IMG/VR virus record: IMGVR_UViG_3300043446_004155
Coordinates: 1 to 64,000 of that record
Direction: 5' to 3' (one strand)
DNA length: 64,000 nucleotides
Source of the DNA: a virus
The position numbers and the translations under genes were made by a program. The notes under the pieces were generated by a model. The model saw nothing but the letters and a program-made list of their open reading frames with translations, did no database searches and had not been told where the DNA came from. This document shows positions 8,420 through 16,390 of this stretch, in pieces; the stretch's first letter is position 1; the number at the start of each line of letters is the position of its first letter.

Positions 8420-9343
8420 ATGGCTCGCATTTTTACGGATCCGGCCACTGGCAAAACTTACATGGGAGATCCAGTCTCCGGTGAAGTAATGGAAGTCGGC
8501 GCAACTGCACAGCCGCAAGGTCGTCGTGCAAAAGCTCAACAACAACTGCAAGATCTTGTGGGACGGCTGCAAACCGGCGCTGGCACTGCTGTTGAAGGCA
8601 TCCAGCAACGTGCAGCAGGTGCAGGTGAATATATTCGCAATAAACCGATGCGTGCCGGTCTTCGCGGTGGCTTAGCCGGTGGCGCGTTAATGGCGATTCC
8701 CTCCTTAATGGAAGGCCGTCCCGCTGAAGCATTTGGTGGTCTTGCCGGCTCTGCCGCTGGTGGCGCCGCTGGCGCAGCTCTTGGTTCTGCACTCCTTCCC
8801 GGCGTTGGTACCGTTATTGGCGGTCTTGCTGGTTCCGCTCTGGGCGGCATGCTTGGTGGCAACTTAGCCGAGACTGCAGTCTCTGCGTACACCGGTAAGC
8901 CCCCAACGGGTAAAACAGGTACCGAGATTCCGCAACCCCCACGTTACGTTGATACTCCCCTGGGACGCATCAACCTGAATGAAGCGGCATCGATGGAAGA
9001 TGCCATGAACCGTAATCAAAAGCGTCAGCTTGATTATTACGGCACCATGATGGGAATGACCACGTCCAACCTGAAGGACCTGACTCAGTTCCAAAACGAT
9101 CAAGAAATCAATATGCAAAAAGCAATGCTTCCAATTACCACGAAACTTGCTAACGATCAGTTGACCCGTGCACAAGCACTGATCAATACTCAGAACAACG
9201 CTTATATCCAACAGATGATGGTTGGCGCACAAGCTAATCTTGCTCTTGGTGCACAACGTGAGCGTGGCGCCACGATGCGTCAAGCCCTGGCCACTAACCC
9301 CTATGTGGTTGCCCTTGGCGCCCCCAACATTTCTATTAGCTGA
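8420..9343 (+). CDS. Glycine-zipper, Gln-rich protein (DNA pilot/ejection-like)
   Basis: GGAAGAALGSALLPGVGTVIGGLAGSALGG followed by a Q/N/M-rich helical region. Confidence 0.65.
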   Translation: MARIFTDPATGKTYMGDPVSGEVMEVGATAQPQGRRAKAQQQLQDLVGRLQTGAGTAVEGIQQRAAGAGEYIRNKPMRAGLRGGLAGGALMAIPSLMEGRPAEAFGGLAGSAAGGAAGAALGSALLPGVGTVIGGLAGSALGGMLGGNLAETAVSAYTGKPPTGKTGTEIPQPPRYVDTPLGRINLNEAASMEDAMNRNQKRQLDYYGTMMGMTTSNLKDLTQFQNDQEINMQKAMLPITTKLANDQLTRAQALINTQNNAYIQQMMVGAQANLALGAQRERGATMRQALATNPYVVALGAPNISIS

Positions 9344-9354
9344 GGTATAAACCC

Positions 9355-9810
9355 ATGGCAGATGCTTCTTTATTTGGAGATTACTATTCTTCTTTTTCTG
9401 GCATGGGCAGTCCTGCGACGCCTAAAGCTAGAGCTTATGATCCATGGGAGCAGGATATCTTAAGCAAAATGAGCCCAGATATTGCTGGCGCCATCATGCT
9501 TAACAAAAAACGTGAAGATGTCTATAACGATCCCACACGTTTTGGTGAACTCCTTAATGTAATGAAAGAGTTCCGAGCAGAAGAAGCTGCTAACGCGGCA
9601 AAGATTCAAGCTGAACGTGATAAACGAGCATTCCAATACAATTTAATTGCAAGCATCCCACAGACAATCAACCAGGTCAGCAGTAACCTGGCGCAAATGA
9701 CGTATAACGCACCACGACTGCAGATCCTTGCTGGCATCCCTGATCAGATCCGTGCTGCCTATGGTTCGATGCCGGCAATTAACGTTGCCCGTACCCGAGG
9801 TTTTAGTTAG
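9355..9810 (+). CDS. Hypothetical helical protein
   Basis: ORF track; GAGG RBS. Confidence 0.65.
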   Translation: MADASLFGDYYSSFSGMGSPATPKARAYDPWEQDILSKMSPDIAGAIMLNKKREDVYNDPTRFGELLNVMKEFRAEEAANAAKIQAERDKRAFQYNLIASIPQTINQVSSNLAQMTYNAPRLQILAGIPDQIRAAYGSMPAINVARTRGFS

Positions 9811-9830
9811 TACTGACATATAATTAAACC

Positions 9831-10361
9831 ATGGCAGGATCTTTTTCTTTTGGTACATCTTTAAGTAGTATTCCAAATACTAGCTTTTTGAATGTATCTT
9901 CCCCAATTTCCTCGGCAGCGCCAGGAGCAAGTGCTGCATATCAACAAGCTATCTCGAAACCTACAGGAGCCGGCATGGATCCCTTTTCAATTGGCGCAGC
10001 AGTCTTGGCTCCCGTCATTGGCGGGATCTTTGGGCAAAGTGCAGCTGAAAAACAAGCAGCTGCAACAGAAGAAGCAGCTCGGATGGCTGCTCAATCTACA
10101 AAACAAGCCGCAAAGATTGGCGCTCAAGCCCAAATTGCCGGTCAGCTTGGAGGTTTCGGTCTCGACTACCTTACGTCTCGTTACGAAGGTGGCGCTGGTG
10201 GCGCCTTAAACCGTATTAACGCTGCTCGTGATTATGTTCAACGAGCAAACATCGAAGCTAATAATCCTTCTGTAGTTGCACTGCGTTCCGTGGAGCGGTA
10301 CGAAAATCGCTTACGTAATGCAATGCCTGGCTATATGCCTCCTTCTGCTTTGTTTGTGTGA
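9831..10361 (+). CDS. Ala/Gly-rich putative ejection protein
   Basis: MDPFSIGAAVLAPVIGGIFGQSAAEKQAAA pattern typical of pilot/injection proteins. Confidence 0.6.
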   Translation: MAGSFSFGTSLSSIPNTSFLNVSSPISSAAPGASAAYQQAISKPTGAGMDPFSIGAAVLAPVIGGIFGQSAAEKQAAATEEAARMAAQSTKQAAKIGAQAQIAGQLGGFGLDYLTSRYEGGAGGALNRINAARDYVQRANIEANNPSVVALRSVERYENRLRNAMPGYMPPSALFV

Positions 10362-10390
10362 TTTAAAATAAAAACAATATTGAGGTTGAC

Positions 10391-11116
10391 ATGGCAGGTA
10401 CTAACTTTTTTGAGTATGCATCTAACAAACGTTCCGGAGACGATGAGATCTCGGATCGTCTTGGTGCAATTGAAACTGCCTTGGGTATTAAGCAACAATC
10501 TCCTTTAGAGTCTTATTTTGGTGGCGGTATAACCCAAGAAAAGAAAGGGAAAGATGGAGGCCTGGGCACTAAAAAATTATTTAGAATTGGCAACATTCCC
10601 CTCAAACAAATTCAAAGAACCGAAGAAGACATCACGCGTACTGCACCAGATTACGCTGAGTTCCTGGCTGGGCAGGTTTCCCGTGGTGAGCGCAGCCCTC
10701 TGGAAGCATCAGATCTATATGCAGACTTTGGCCTTGCTTATGGTATTCCGGATGCATTCAAAACGGCTTCCACCCTGGGCAGTATGGCCATGGGAGCCGC
10801 CCCTGAAGGTGTTGTAGAGCGTTACCGTCCTTTCCAACAGTTTGCAGCTCAACAACTTGGAATCAATTTATCCGAGCAAGATATTAAGTCAACGGAAGCA
10901 GCAGCTCGTGCTTTAGGTAAAACAAGTCCAGAGGCCTTTTCCCAGTTCCTTGGTCAAAAGATGCTGACCTCACCGGAGTATATCCGTAAGACGCCTTTGG
11001 CATTTGCAGCCAATCTTCCCTTTGGCGGCCAATACGGTGTTGGTTACTCACAACCTGATGGAACACAGACAGGCACCTATCGTTTTAAACCGCCCTCCAC
11101 TGTGGATTACAGTTGA
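10391..11116 (+). CDS. Hypothetical virion-associated protein
   Basis: ORF track; GAGG RBS. Confidence 0.65.
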   Translation: MAGTNFFEYASNKRSGDDEISDRLGAIETALGIKQQSPLESYFGGGITQEKKGKDGGLGTKKLFRIGNIPLKQIQRTEEDITRTAPDYAEFLAGQVSRGERSPLEASDLYADFGLAYGIPDAFKTASTLGSMAMGAAPEGVVERYRPFQQFAAQQLGINLSEQDIKSTEAAARALGKTSPEAFSQFLGQKMLTSPEYIRKTPLAFAANLPFGGQYGVGYSQPDGTQTGTYRFKPPSTVDYS

Positions 11117-11155
11117 TTTCCGCTCTTATACTAAATATTAATAGAGAAAATAAAC

Positions 11156-11959
11156 ATGGCCGGCGCTCTTGAATCGTTTTTTGAACAACAACGCAAGCGT
11201 GGCGTTCAGCTTTCTGGCGCACCTAAAAAACAATTAACAAAAGCACTTCAACAAAAGGGTAAAGCTGGTCAGGGCAAAAAGATCACAGCTGCTGAACTCG
11301 CAAAAGGGCGTGCAGCTTACACAAAAAGTGGGGGCACAGATTATTTGGCAACTATTGGCCGCACTTACAAGCCAACGCAGCTTTCTAAAGATGTAAAGTC
11401 AAGGCTACAAAAAGCAGGCTTCGGCTTAGATGAAAGTGGTTATTACACTCAAAGCGGTCCAATCACAGGCAGTGTTTTAAACAAAGCCCTTTCTGCTGGG
11501 TACGACCCACAAGAAGTGCGTTCTTATCTTGCGGGCAACTTCGCTCAAAGTGCGCTAGATGATCAAATTTCTAAATTCCTTGGCCAAGGTGGCCAATATA
11601 AATTAGATCCAACAACAGGTCGTTGGTCTAAGCAGTCTTTAGATGTAGATCCTAACGCTGTAGCAGGCCTTGGAACAGTTACCGGAGGACAAGGTATTTA
11701 CGGTGGCATAAACCCAGACGCTGCCCCTGGAGCGACTCCGTTTGAAATGGAGTACGCCGCAGCAATTGATCCCTATAAGATCCAAGCTAAATCAGCTGAA
11801 CGACTTGGGCGCCTGGGACAAGCTACCGATCTTCTTGGCCGCAAAATGGCCTATGGCACTGAGTACGACATTGCCAAAATGAATCGCCTTCAAAATCTAC
11901 AACAAGCTCAGATTCAACAAGCTAATTACTTGTACAACTTAATTCCTTCCGCTTTCTAA
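11156..11959 (+). CDS. Hypothetical protein, Lys-rich N-terminus and Gln-rich C-terminus
   Basis: ORF track. Confidence 0.65.
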   Translation: MAGALESFFEQQRKRGVQLSGAPKKQLTKALQQKGKAGQGKKITAAELAKGRAAYTKSGGTDYLATIGRTYKPTQLSKDVKSRLQKAGFGLDESGYYTQSGPITGSVLNKALSAGYDPQEVRSYLAGNFAQSALDDQISKFLGQGGQYKLDPTTGRWSKQSLDVDPNAVAGLGTVTGGQGIYGGINPDAAPGATPFEMEYAAAIDPYKIQAKSAERLGRLGQATDLLGRKMAYGTEYDIAKMNRLQNLQQAQIQQANYLYNLIPSAF

Positions 11960-11990
11960 ACCCCTGGTATAATTAGTTTCAGTAGATCTT

Positions 11991-12137
11991 ATGGACTTTA
12001 GTTCTCCGCCGGTAAAGCCAGAGGTTATCTCCGAGGCTCCTTTTGATATTCAAGGGTTTAAAGGACTTTTAAGCACACTAAGAAAATCAAAAGAACAACA
12101 AGAGAACAAAGCAAAACCTTTATACATTCCTGAGTAA
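11991..12137 (+). CDS. 48-aa protein absent from the ORF track
   Basis: MDFSSPPVKPEVISEAPFDIQGFKGLLSTLRKSKEQQENKAKPLYIPE; fills the gap, TATAAT upstream, shares a motif with the next gene. Confidence 0.6.
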   Translation: MDFSSPPVKPEVISEAPFDIQGFKGLLSTLRKSKEQQENKAKPLYIPE

Positions 12138-12141
12138 TAAA

Positions 12142-12828
12142 ATGGCTAAAAAGGGCGATAATAAAAAAAGCAGTGGGTCACAAGCTGCTGTAACGCCCAC
12201 CAAGGCCTCGTCTTCTAGTGGGTCTTCGGTTGGAGCCCCCAAATCTTCTGGATCCTCAACAAAAAGCGATCGTGTTTCGACCCTTACTCAGAAAGCAAAA
12301 AATTTAATTGCCACTGCTAGTGGTGGGGCTATTGCCGATCCGGCTAAGTTTAAAGATATTCTTGGCAAACTAAAAAAATTAGATGCCGACAAAAGAGTAA
12401 AAAATTTACGGCAGCAAAAACAGCAAGCAGTTCAGGCATCAAGATTAAAGCCGTCTTCAGACGAAAAAGATACTTCTTCAGTCGTTAACAACGATACAGA
12501 ATTGACAAAATCACTATATCTACCTGGATCCTCTGTGTCCACTGGTTCGTTCAGTTCAGGATATGACGGTGGAGGCGGAGGTAGCTCCGGTGGATCGTAT
12601 TCATGGGATACAGGATACAATTCTGATCTTAATAAATGGCTGTCTGAATACCAAACTGAACAGGCCGGACGTGCTGCTGATTACCAATCTATGTTGACTG
12701 ACCTTGCTTCTCAAGAAGGTCAATTTGACCCAAATCTCTTCCGCAGCCTTCTGCTTGAGTTAGAATCTTCTAAGAAACGCCAAAAGGAATGGAATGAGCA
12801 GTCGGCAAAAGCAGCGTATAAGTATTAA
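12142..12828 (+). CDS. Ser/Lys/Gly-rich low-complexity protein
   Basis: ORF track. Confidence 0.65.
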   Translation: MAKKGDNKKSSGSQAAVTPTKASSSSGSSVGAPKSSGSSTKSDRVSTLTQKAKNLIATASGGAIADPAKFKDILGKLKKLDADKRVKNLRQQKQQAVQASRLKPSSDEKDTSSVVNNDTELTKSLYLPGSSVSTGSFSSGYDGGGGGSSGGSYSWDTGYNSDLNKWLSEYQTEQAGRAADYQSMLTDLASQEGQFDPNLFRSLLLELESSKKRQKEWNEQSAKAAYKY

Positions 12829-13339
12829 AGAAGAAAGCACCATTGACACTGGTGCTTTTGAAGATTGGTTTATTGAACAGCCAGAAGATGTTCAAGAATC
12901 TTTTCATGCGTTTGCAGCTGACAACTATTCGTTTATCGAATGTTTTCTTTATGCTCGCTTCCTTGGCTACGTAGGAAATATCCTTGCTTGTGAAGCTTGG
13001 GTTAAAAATCGCTACCCCAAGCCAGACCACAGGAAGACTCTTCTGATTGAAATCGAAGAGATGAGGGAAGACATTCGCAAACTTCGTGATGACATTGAAA
13101 ACTGTGTTGTAAAACGCGATGCAGGCGTAGCGCGTATTGCATCAATGCAAAAAGAATTGCGTGGAACTATTCATCAGGTTGAACAGTACACATCCGCCAA
13201 AGATCGCAAAGGCTTGCTCATGGCTGGAGCTGACCGTGCTATTCGTGAGTTGATGTTTATTTTCAAAGACGATCCAATTGAAGCGCCTCTTCATGAAGCA
13301 AGTATGAGCGTCTGGGCTCGTATGCAACTTGAAGAATAA
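12794..13339 (+). CDS. Helical/coiled-coil protein, candidate terminase small subunit
   Basis: Lies just upstream of TerL; central coiled coil; function is a positional inference. Confidence 0.45.
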   Translation: MSSRQKQRISIKEESTIDTGAFEDWFIEQPEDVQESFHAFAADNYSFIECFLYARFLGYVGNILACEAWVKNRYPKPDHRKTLLIEIEEMREDIRKLRDDIENCVVKRDAGVARIASMQKELRGTIHQVEQYTSAKDRKGLLMAGADRAIRELMFIFKDDPIEAPLHEASMSVWARMQLEE

Positions 13340-13370
13340 CCAAAGCTTAAAATAAAGAAAAACATCTGTT

Positions 13371-13532
13371 ATGGCCAAAGGTAAAATGCCTCCTCAACTT
13401 CTTGAGCATTTCAAGAAGAAAGAAGCCAAAAAAGAAGATGGCACTGAGATGAGCGATAAAGAAAAACGTCGCGCTGCTTTAGATAAAGCTCGTCAGTACC
13501 AAAATAAAAAACGTAAGAACAAAGGAGAATAA
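13371..13532 (+). CDS. 53-aa Lys-rich basic protein absent from the track
   Basis: MAKGKMPPQLLEHFKKKEAKKEDG...NKKRKNKGE. Confidence 0.65.
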   Translation: MAKGKMPPQLLEHFKKKEAKKEDGTEMSDKEKRRAALDKARQYQNKKRKNKGE

Positions 13533-13564
13533 GTTAGTATTCATTAACTGGTTGAATACTTCTC

Positions 13565-15091
13565 GTGCCTTCTTATCTTCATCTGGCTTATCGCAGGAAT
13601 GCACGTGCTGCTTCCAAGAACTATCAACTTAAGCCAAATAAAAACCTTGAAGATTTAAAGAAAGCACGGGAAGATTTTGGTTTCTTTTGTGAGTACGTAG
13701 CTGATAAACCTCCTGCACAACATCATAAAGATTGGCATCGGCATTTTGTCACAGAAGAGAATAGTAGCTGCCTTCTTCGGATCGCTGGTCCTAACGTAGA
13801 CCTGCTTGCCCCCCGTGGCTCTGCCAAGAGCACTGTTCTGGGTCTTCTGACTGCATGGGCCATTGGCATCCATACGCAGGCCAAACGCCCTCTCCAGATT
13901 CTTTATCTGTCTTATACGGTTGACATTGCACGTTCCAAGTCTGCAACGATCAAACGCATCATTGAAAGCAAGCGATACCAAGAAGTTTTTCCAGAAGTTC
14001 GCCTTTTGAAAAATGTCACCAGCAACGAGTACTGGTCAATTGACCACAAGTTTGCTGGCATTGATGTAACCGGTGACGAACAATTTACACTCTGCGCAGC
14101 AGGCCTAAAAGGTTCGGTGACCTCCAAGCGTTCTCATCTCGTCATGATTGATGACGCTATTAAATCTGCTGCGGATATCTCCAACCCTGATATCAGGAAG
14201 ATGATGCAGGACAACTGGAATGCCGTGATCGCACCCACCATGTTTGAAGGAGGACGAGCCATCTGCCTTGGTACTCGCTTCAGACATGATGACATTCATG
14301 CCACTACATTCAACGAACAAAACAACTGGACTCAGATTGTTCTTTCTGCAATTACAAACGATCCCAAGACTGGTGACGAGCTTTCATACTGGCCCGACAT
14401 GTGGTCGTTGGATTACCTGAAGGAAAAGAAACGGCAAGCACCTATTGCTTTTTCGTTCCAGTACATGAATCAAATCATCAGGCAAAACGAGCTGTCGCTT
14501 GCGCCTGAACTGATTGTTAAAGCTGAAATTTCAACGGAGTTCGATACGCTTGGTGTTGGGGTTGACCTCTCTGCTGGCACTAAAGAAAAGAATGATTACA
14601 CCGTCATGATCCTTGGGGGTCGTATTGGTGATCGCATCCATATTATTGATTACCGCAGGTTACGTGTGATGGGCAACCTGGAAAAACTAGACGCCCTCAA
14701 GGAACTTTTAAATGACTGGTCAATCCTTGGCAAAGATGCAAACGACAACTACTTCCCAACGTATTCAACGTGTGATATTTGGTCAGAAGCTGTACAGTAT
14801 CAGGCATCCCTGGAAGCCGACTTCAAGCGAGTCTGTTTAAATCAAGAGAGTCTCTACAACTTGATTTGGCATCCTGTTAAAGGATTCCGAGCAGATAAAC
14901 TGGCCCGCTTCCGTGGGATCATGGGCATGTTTGAAGACCGCAAAATCATCTTCAATCGTTACAGAAATTTCACCAATCTTTTTGAAGAGTTAACTAATTT
15001 TGGTGTTAGCAGTCACGACGATTGCGTTGACGCCCTCGTTTGGCTTGTAACCGGTTTGGCAAGAAAAGGACAATTGCAAGTTGATTACTAA
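13565..15091 (+). CDS. terL: Terminase large subunit
   Basis: Walker A APRGSAKST, Walker B LVMIDD, coupling motif GTRF, RNase H-like GVDL and HDDCVDA. Confidence 0.93.
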   Translation: MPSYLHLAYRRNARAASKNYQLKPNKNLEDLKKAREDFGFFCEYVADKPPAQHHKDWHRHFVTEENSSCLLRIAGPNVDLLAPRGSAKSTVLGLLTAWAIGIHTQAKRPLQILYLSYTVDIARSKSATIKRIIESKRYQEVFPEVRLLKNVTSNEYWSIDHKFAGIDVTGDEQFTLCAAGLKGSVTSKRSHLVMIDDAIKSAADISNPDIRKMMQDNWNAVIAPTMFEGGRAICLGTRFRHDDIHATTFNEQNNWTQIVLSAITNDPKTGDELSYWPDMWSLDYLKEKKRQAPIAFSFQYMNQIIRQNELSLAPELIVKAEISTEFDTLGVGVDLSAGTKEKNDYTVMILGGRIGDRIHIIDYRRLRVMGNLEKLDALKELLNDWSILGKDANDNYFPTYSTCDIWSEAVQYQASLEADFKRVCLNQESLYNLIWHPVKGFRADKLARFRGIMGMFEDRKIIFNRYRNFTNLFEELTNFGVSSHDDCVDALVWLVTGLARKGQLQVDY

Positions 15092-15124
15092 ACTTAGAAT
15101 TGAAAGAAAGTATTTGTTGGTCTT

Positions 15125-15418
15125 GTGGGTCCGGAATACATTGCCATTGGCTTGACAGCCATTGTCTCAGCCATTACTGGCGGAGGGTGGGTAGCTAATC
15201 GTCTTCTTGATCGACAACGCGAACGCATCCAACAAGCGTTGGACTATACCGGATCCCAAAAACGGAGGATTGACATCTTGGAAGATCAGATCAATCGCAT
15301 GCCGATGGAGTACGTACTCAAGGTTGACTTCCTAAGAGAAATCAAAGAGATGCACGATAATTTTCGCGAAATTAATAATAAACTTGATAAGCTAATGGAA
15401 AAGATTTTATCCAAATGA
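15125..15418 (+). CDS. N-terminal TM plus coiled-coil protein
   Basis: YIAIGLTAIVSAITGGGW followed by a heptad-rich helix. Confidence 0.65.
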   Translation: MGPEYIAIGLTAIVSAITGGGWVANRLLDRQRERIQQALDYTGSQKRRIDILEDQINRMPMEYVLKVDFLREIKEMHDNFREINNKLDKLMEKILSK

Positions 15419-15597
15419 CCTACGTCGTTGAAGTCCAGGAAGACGAGAACGGAGATCAGTTCATCGTCTTACCAGACGAAGTAATTGAAGATTTGGGTTG
15501 GCAAGAAGGGGATATTCTCAATTGGGATGTACGCGGAGAAGGGATTGTTCTCTCCAAAGTCCACGATCCATCTGGTTACGAAGTTTTAGAAGAGTAG
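15415..15597 (+). CDS. AbrB/MazE/SpoVT-like DNA-binding protein
   Basis: VQEDENGDQFIVLPDEVIEDLGWQEGDILNW swapped-hairpin signature. Confidence 0.75.
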   Translation: MTYVVEVQEDENGDQFIVLPDEVIEDLGWQEGDILNWDVRGEGIVLSKVHDPSGYEVLEE

Positions 15598-15623
15598 AAT
15601 ATAAAAACTAAAAGAGTTAGAAA

Positions 15624-16241
15624 ATGTTTTATAGCGGTGAATCCAACGTACCCGGAGCCCCAGGCAATCTCTTTGCAGGCGGAAACTTCATGGGTGGCGC
15701 AGGCAGCGCAATTAATCCGGAAGCATTCAAACGTGATGCGCGTCAACAAAAAATATATAACAAAGGTGTAGGAACGGACAATCCAAACGAAAAAGAGATC
15801 TTTCTCCAGCGCACCGGACCTCAACTCCCCTTTGCGTACCAAGGCGGAACGTCCTTCCCCATTGCTCAAGCTTATCCAGGAGGACAAGCCATTGGTAATG
15901 CTGGAGTTTTGGGTGGCCCCATGGAAATGGGCCCCCGCCTTGGTCCCCGCCCATTGAACTTAAATATCAACGCAGCCGATGATCGTGTGGAATCGATTGG
16001 CGGCAGTGCCAATATTCAGCTTGATCCAAATCAAACTCTTCGTTTAGGTGCTAACTTCAATCCTGCTTACACTGATGAGCTTGGCATGCAAACACCTCAA
16101 GGCTATTCAATCTACGGGTCTTACGAAACACCAGGCCTTGGCGTGAATGTAAACTATCGGAACACGGGTCGCCGTACTAATCCTGTTCCTGGTGCAGGCT
16201 TCCCCGGTGAACTTACTGCGGGATTCAAGGGCCGTTTTTAA
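15624..16241 (+). CDS. Gly/Pro-rich protein with beta-strand-rich C-terminus
   Basis: ORF track; alternating strand pattern, terminal Phe (GFKGRF). Confidence 0.6.
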   Translation: MFYSGESNVPGAPGNLFAGGNFMGGAGSAINPEAFKRDARQQKIYNKGVGTDNPNEKEIFLQRTGPQLPFAYQGGTSFPIAQAYPGGQAIGNAGVLGGPMEMGPRLGPRPLNLNINAADDRVESIGGSANIQLDPNQTLRLGANFNPAYTDELGMQTPQGYSIYGSYETPGLGVNVNYRNTGRRTNPVPGAGFPGELTAGFKGRF

Positions 16242-16390
16242 TGAAAAAGAAAAAGTTAGCCAAACAAGCACTTAAGCACCCGGAGTTGTTCACTCCCGCT
16301 GAATTAGCTTATTTTGATCGCTGGCTTTGGCAACGAAAACAACACAAGAAAGCTGCTAAGATTGAGTTAAGTAAAAAGGAAAATAGTTAA
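16241..16390 (+). CDS. 49-aa basic protein absent from the track
   Basis: MKKKKLAKQALKHPELFTPAELAYFDRWLW...; TAATG overlaps at both ends. Confidence 0.65.
   Translation: MKKKKLAKQALKHPELFTPAELAYFDRWLWQRKQHKKAAKIELSKKENS

Noticed and set aside
13565-15091. Intein or intron in TerL (primase also checked)
   Set aside because: Motifs are contiguous at normal spacing; no intein signatures seen
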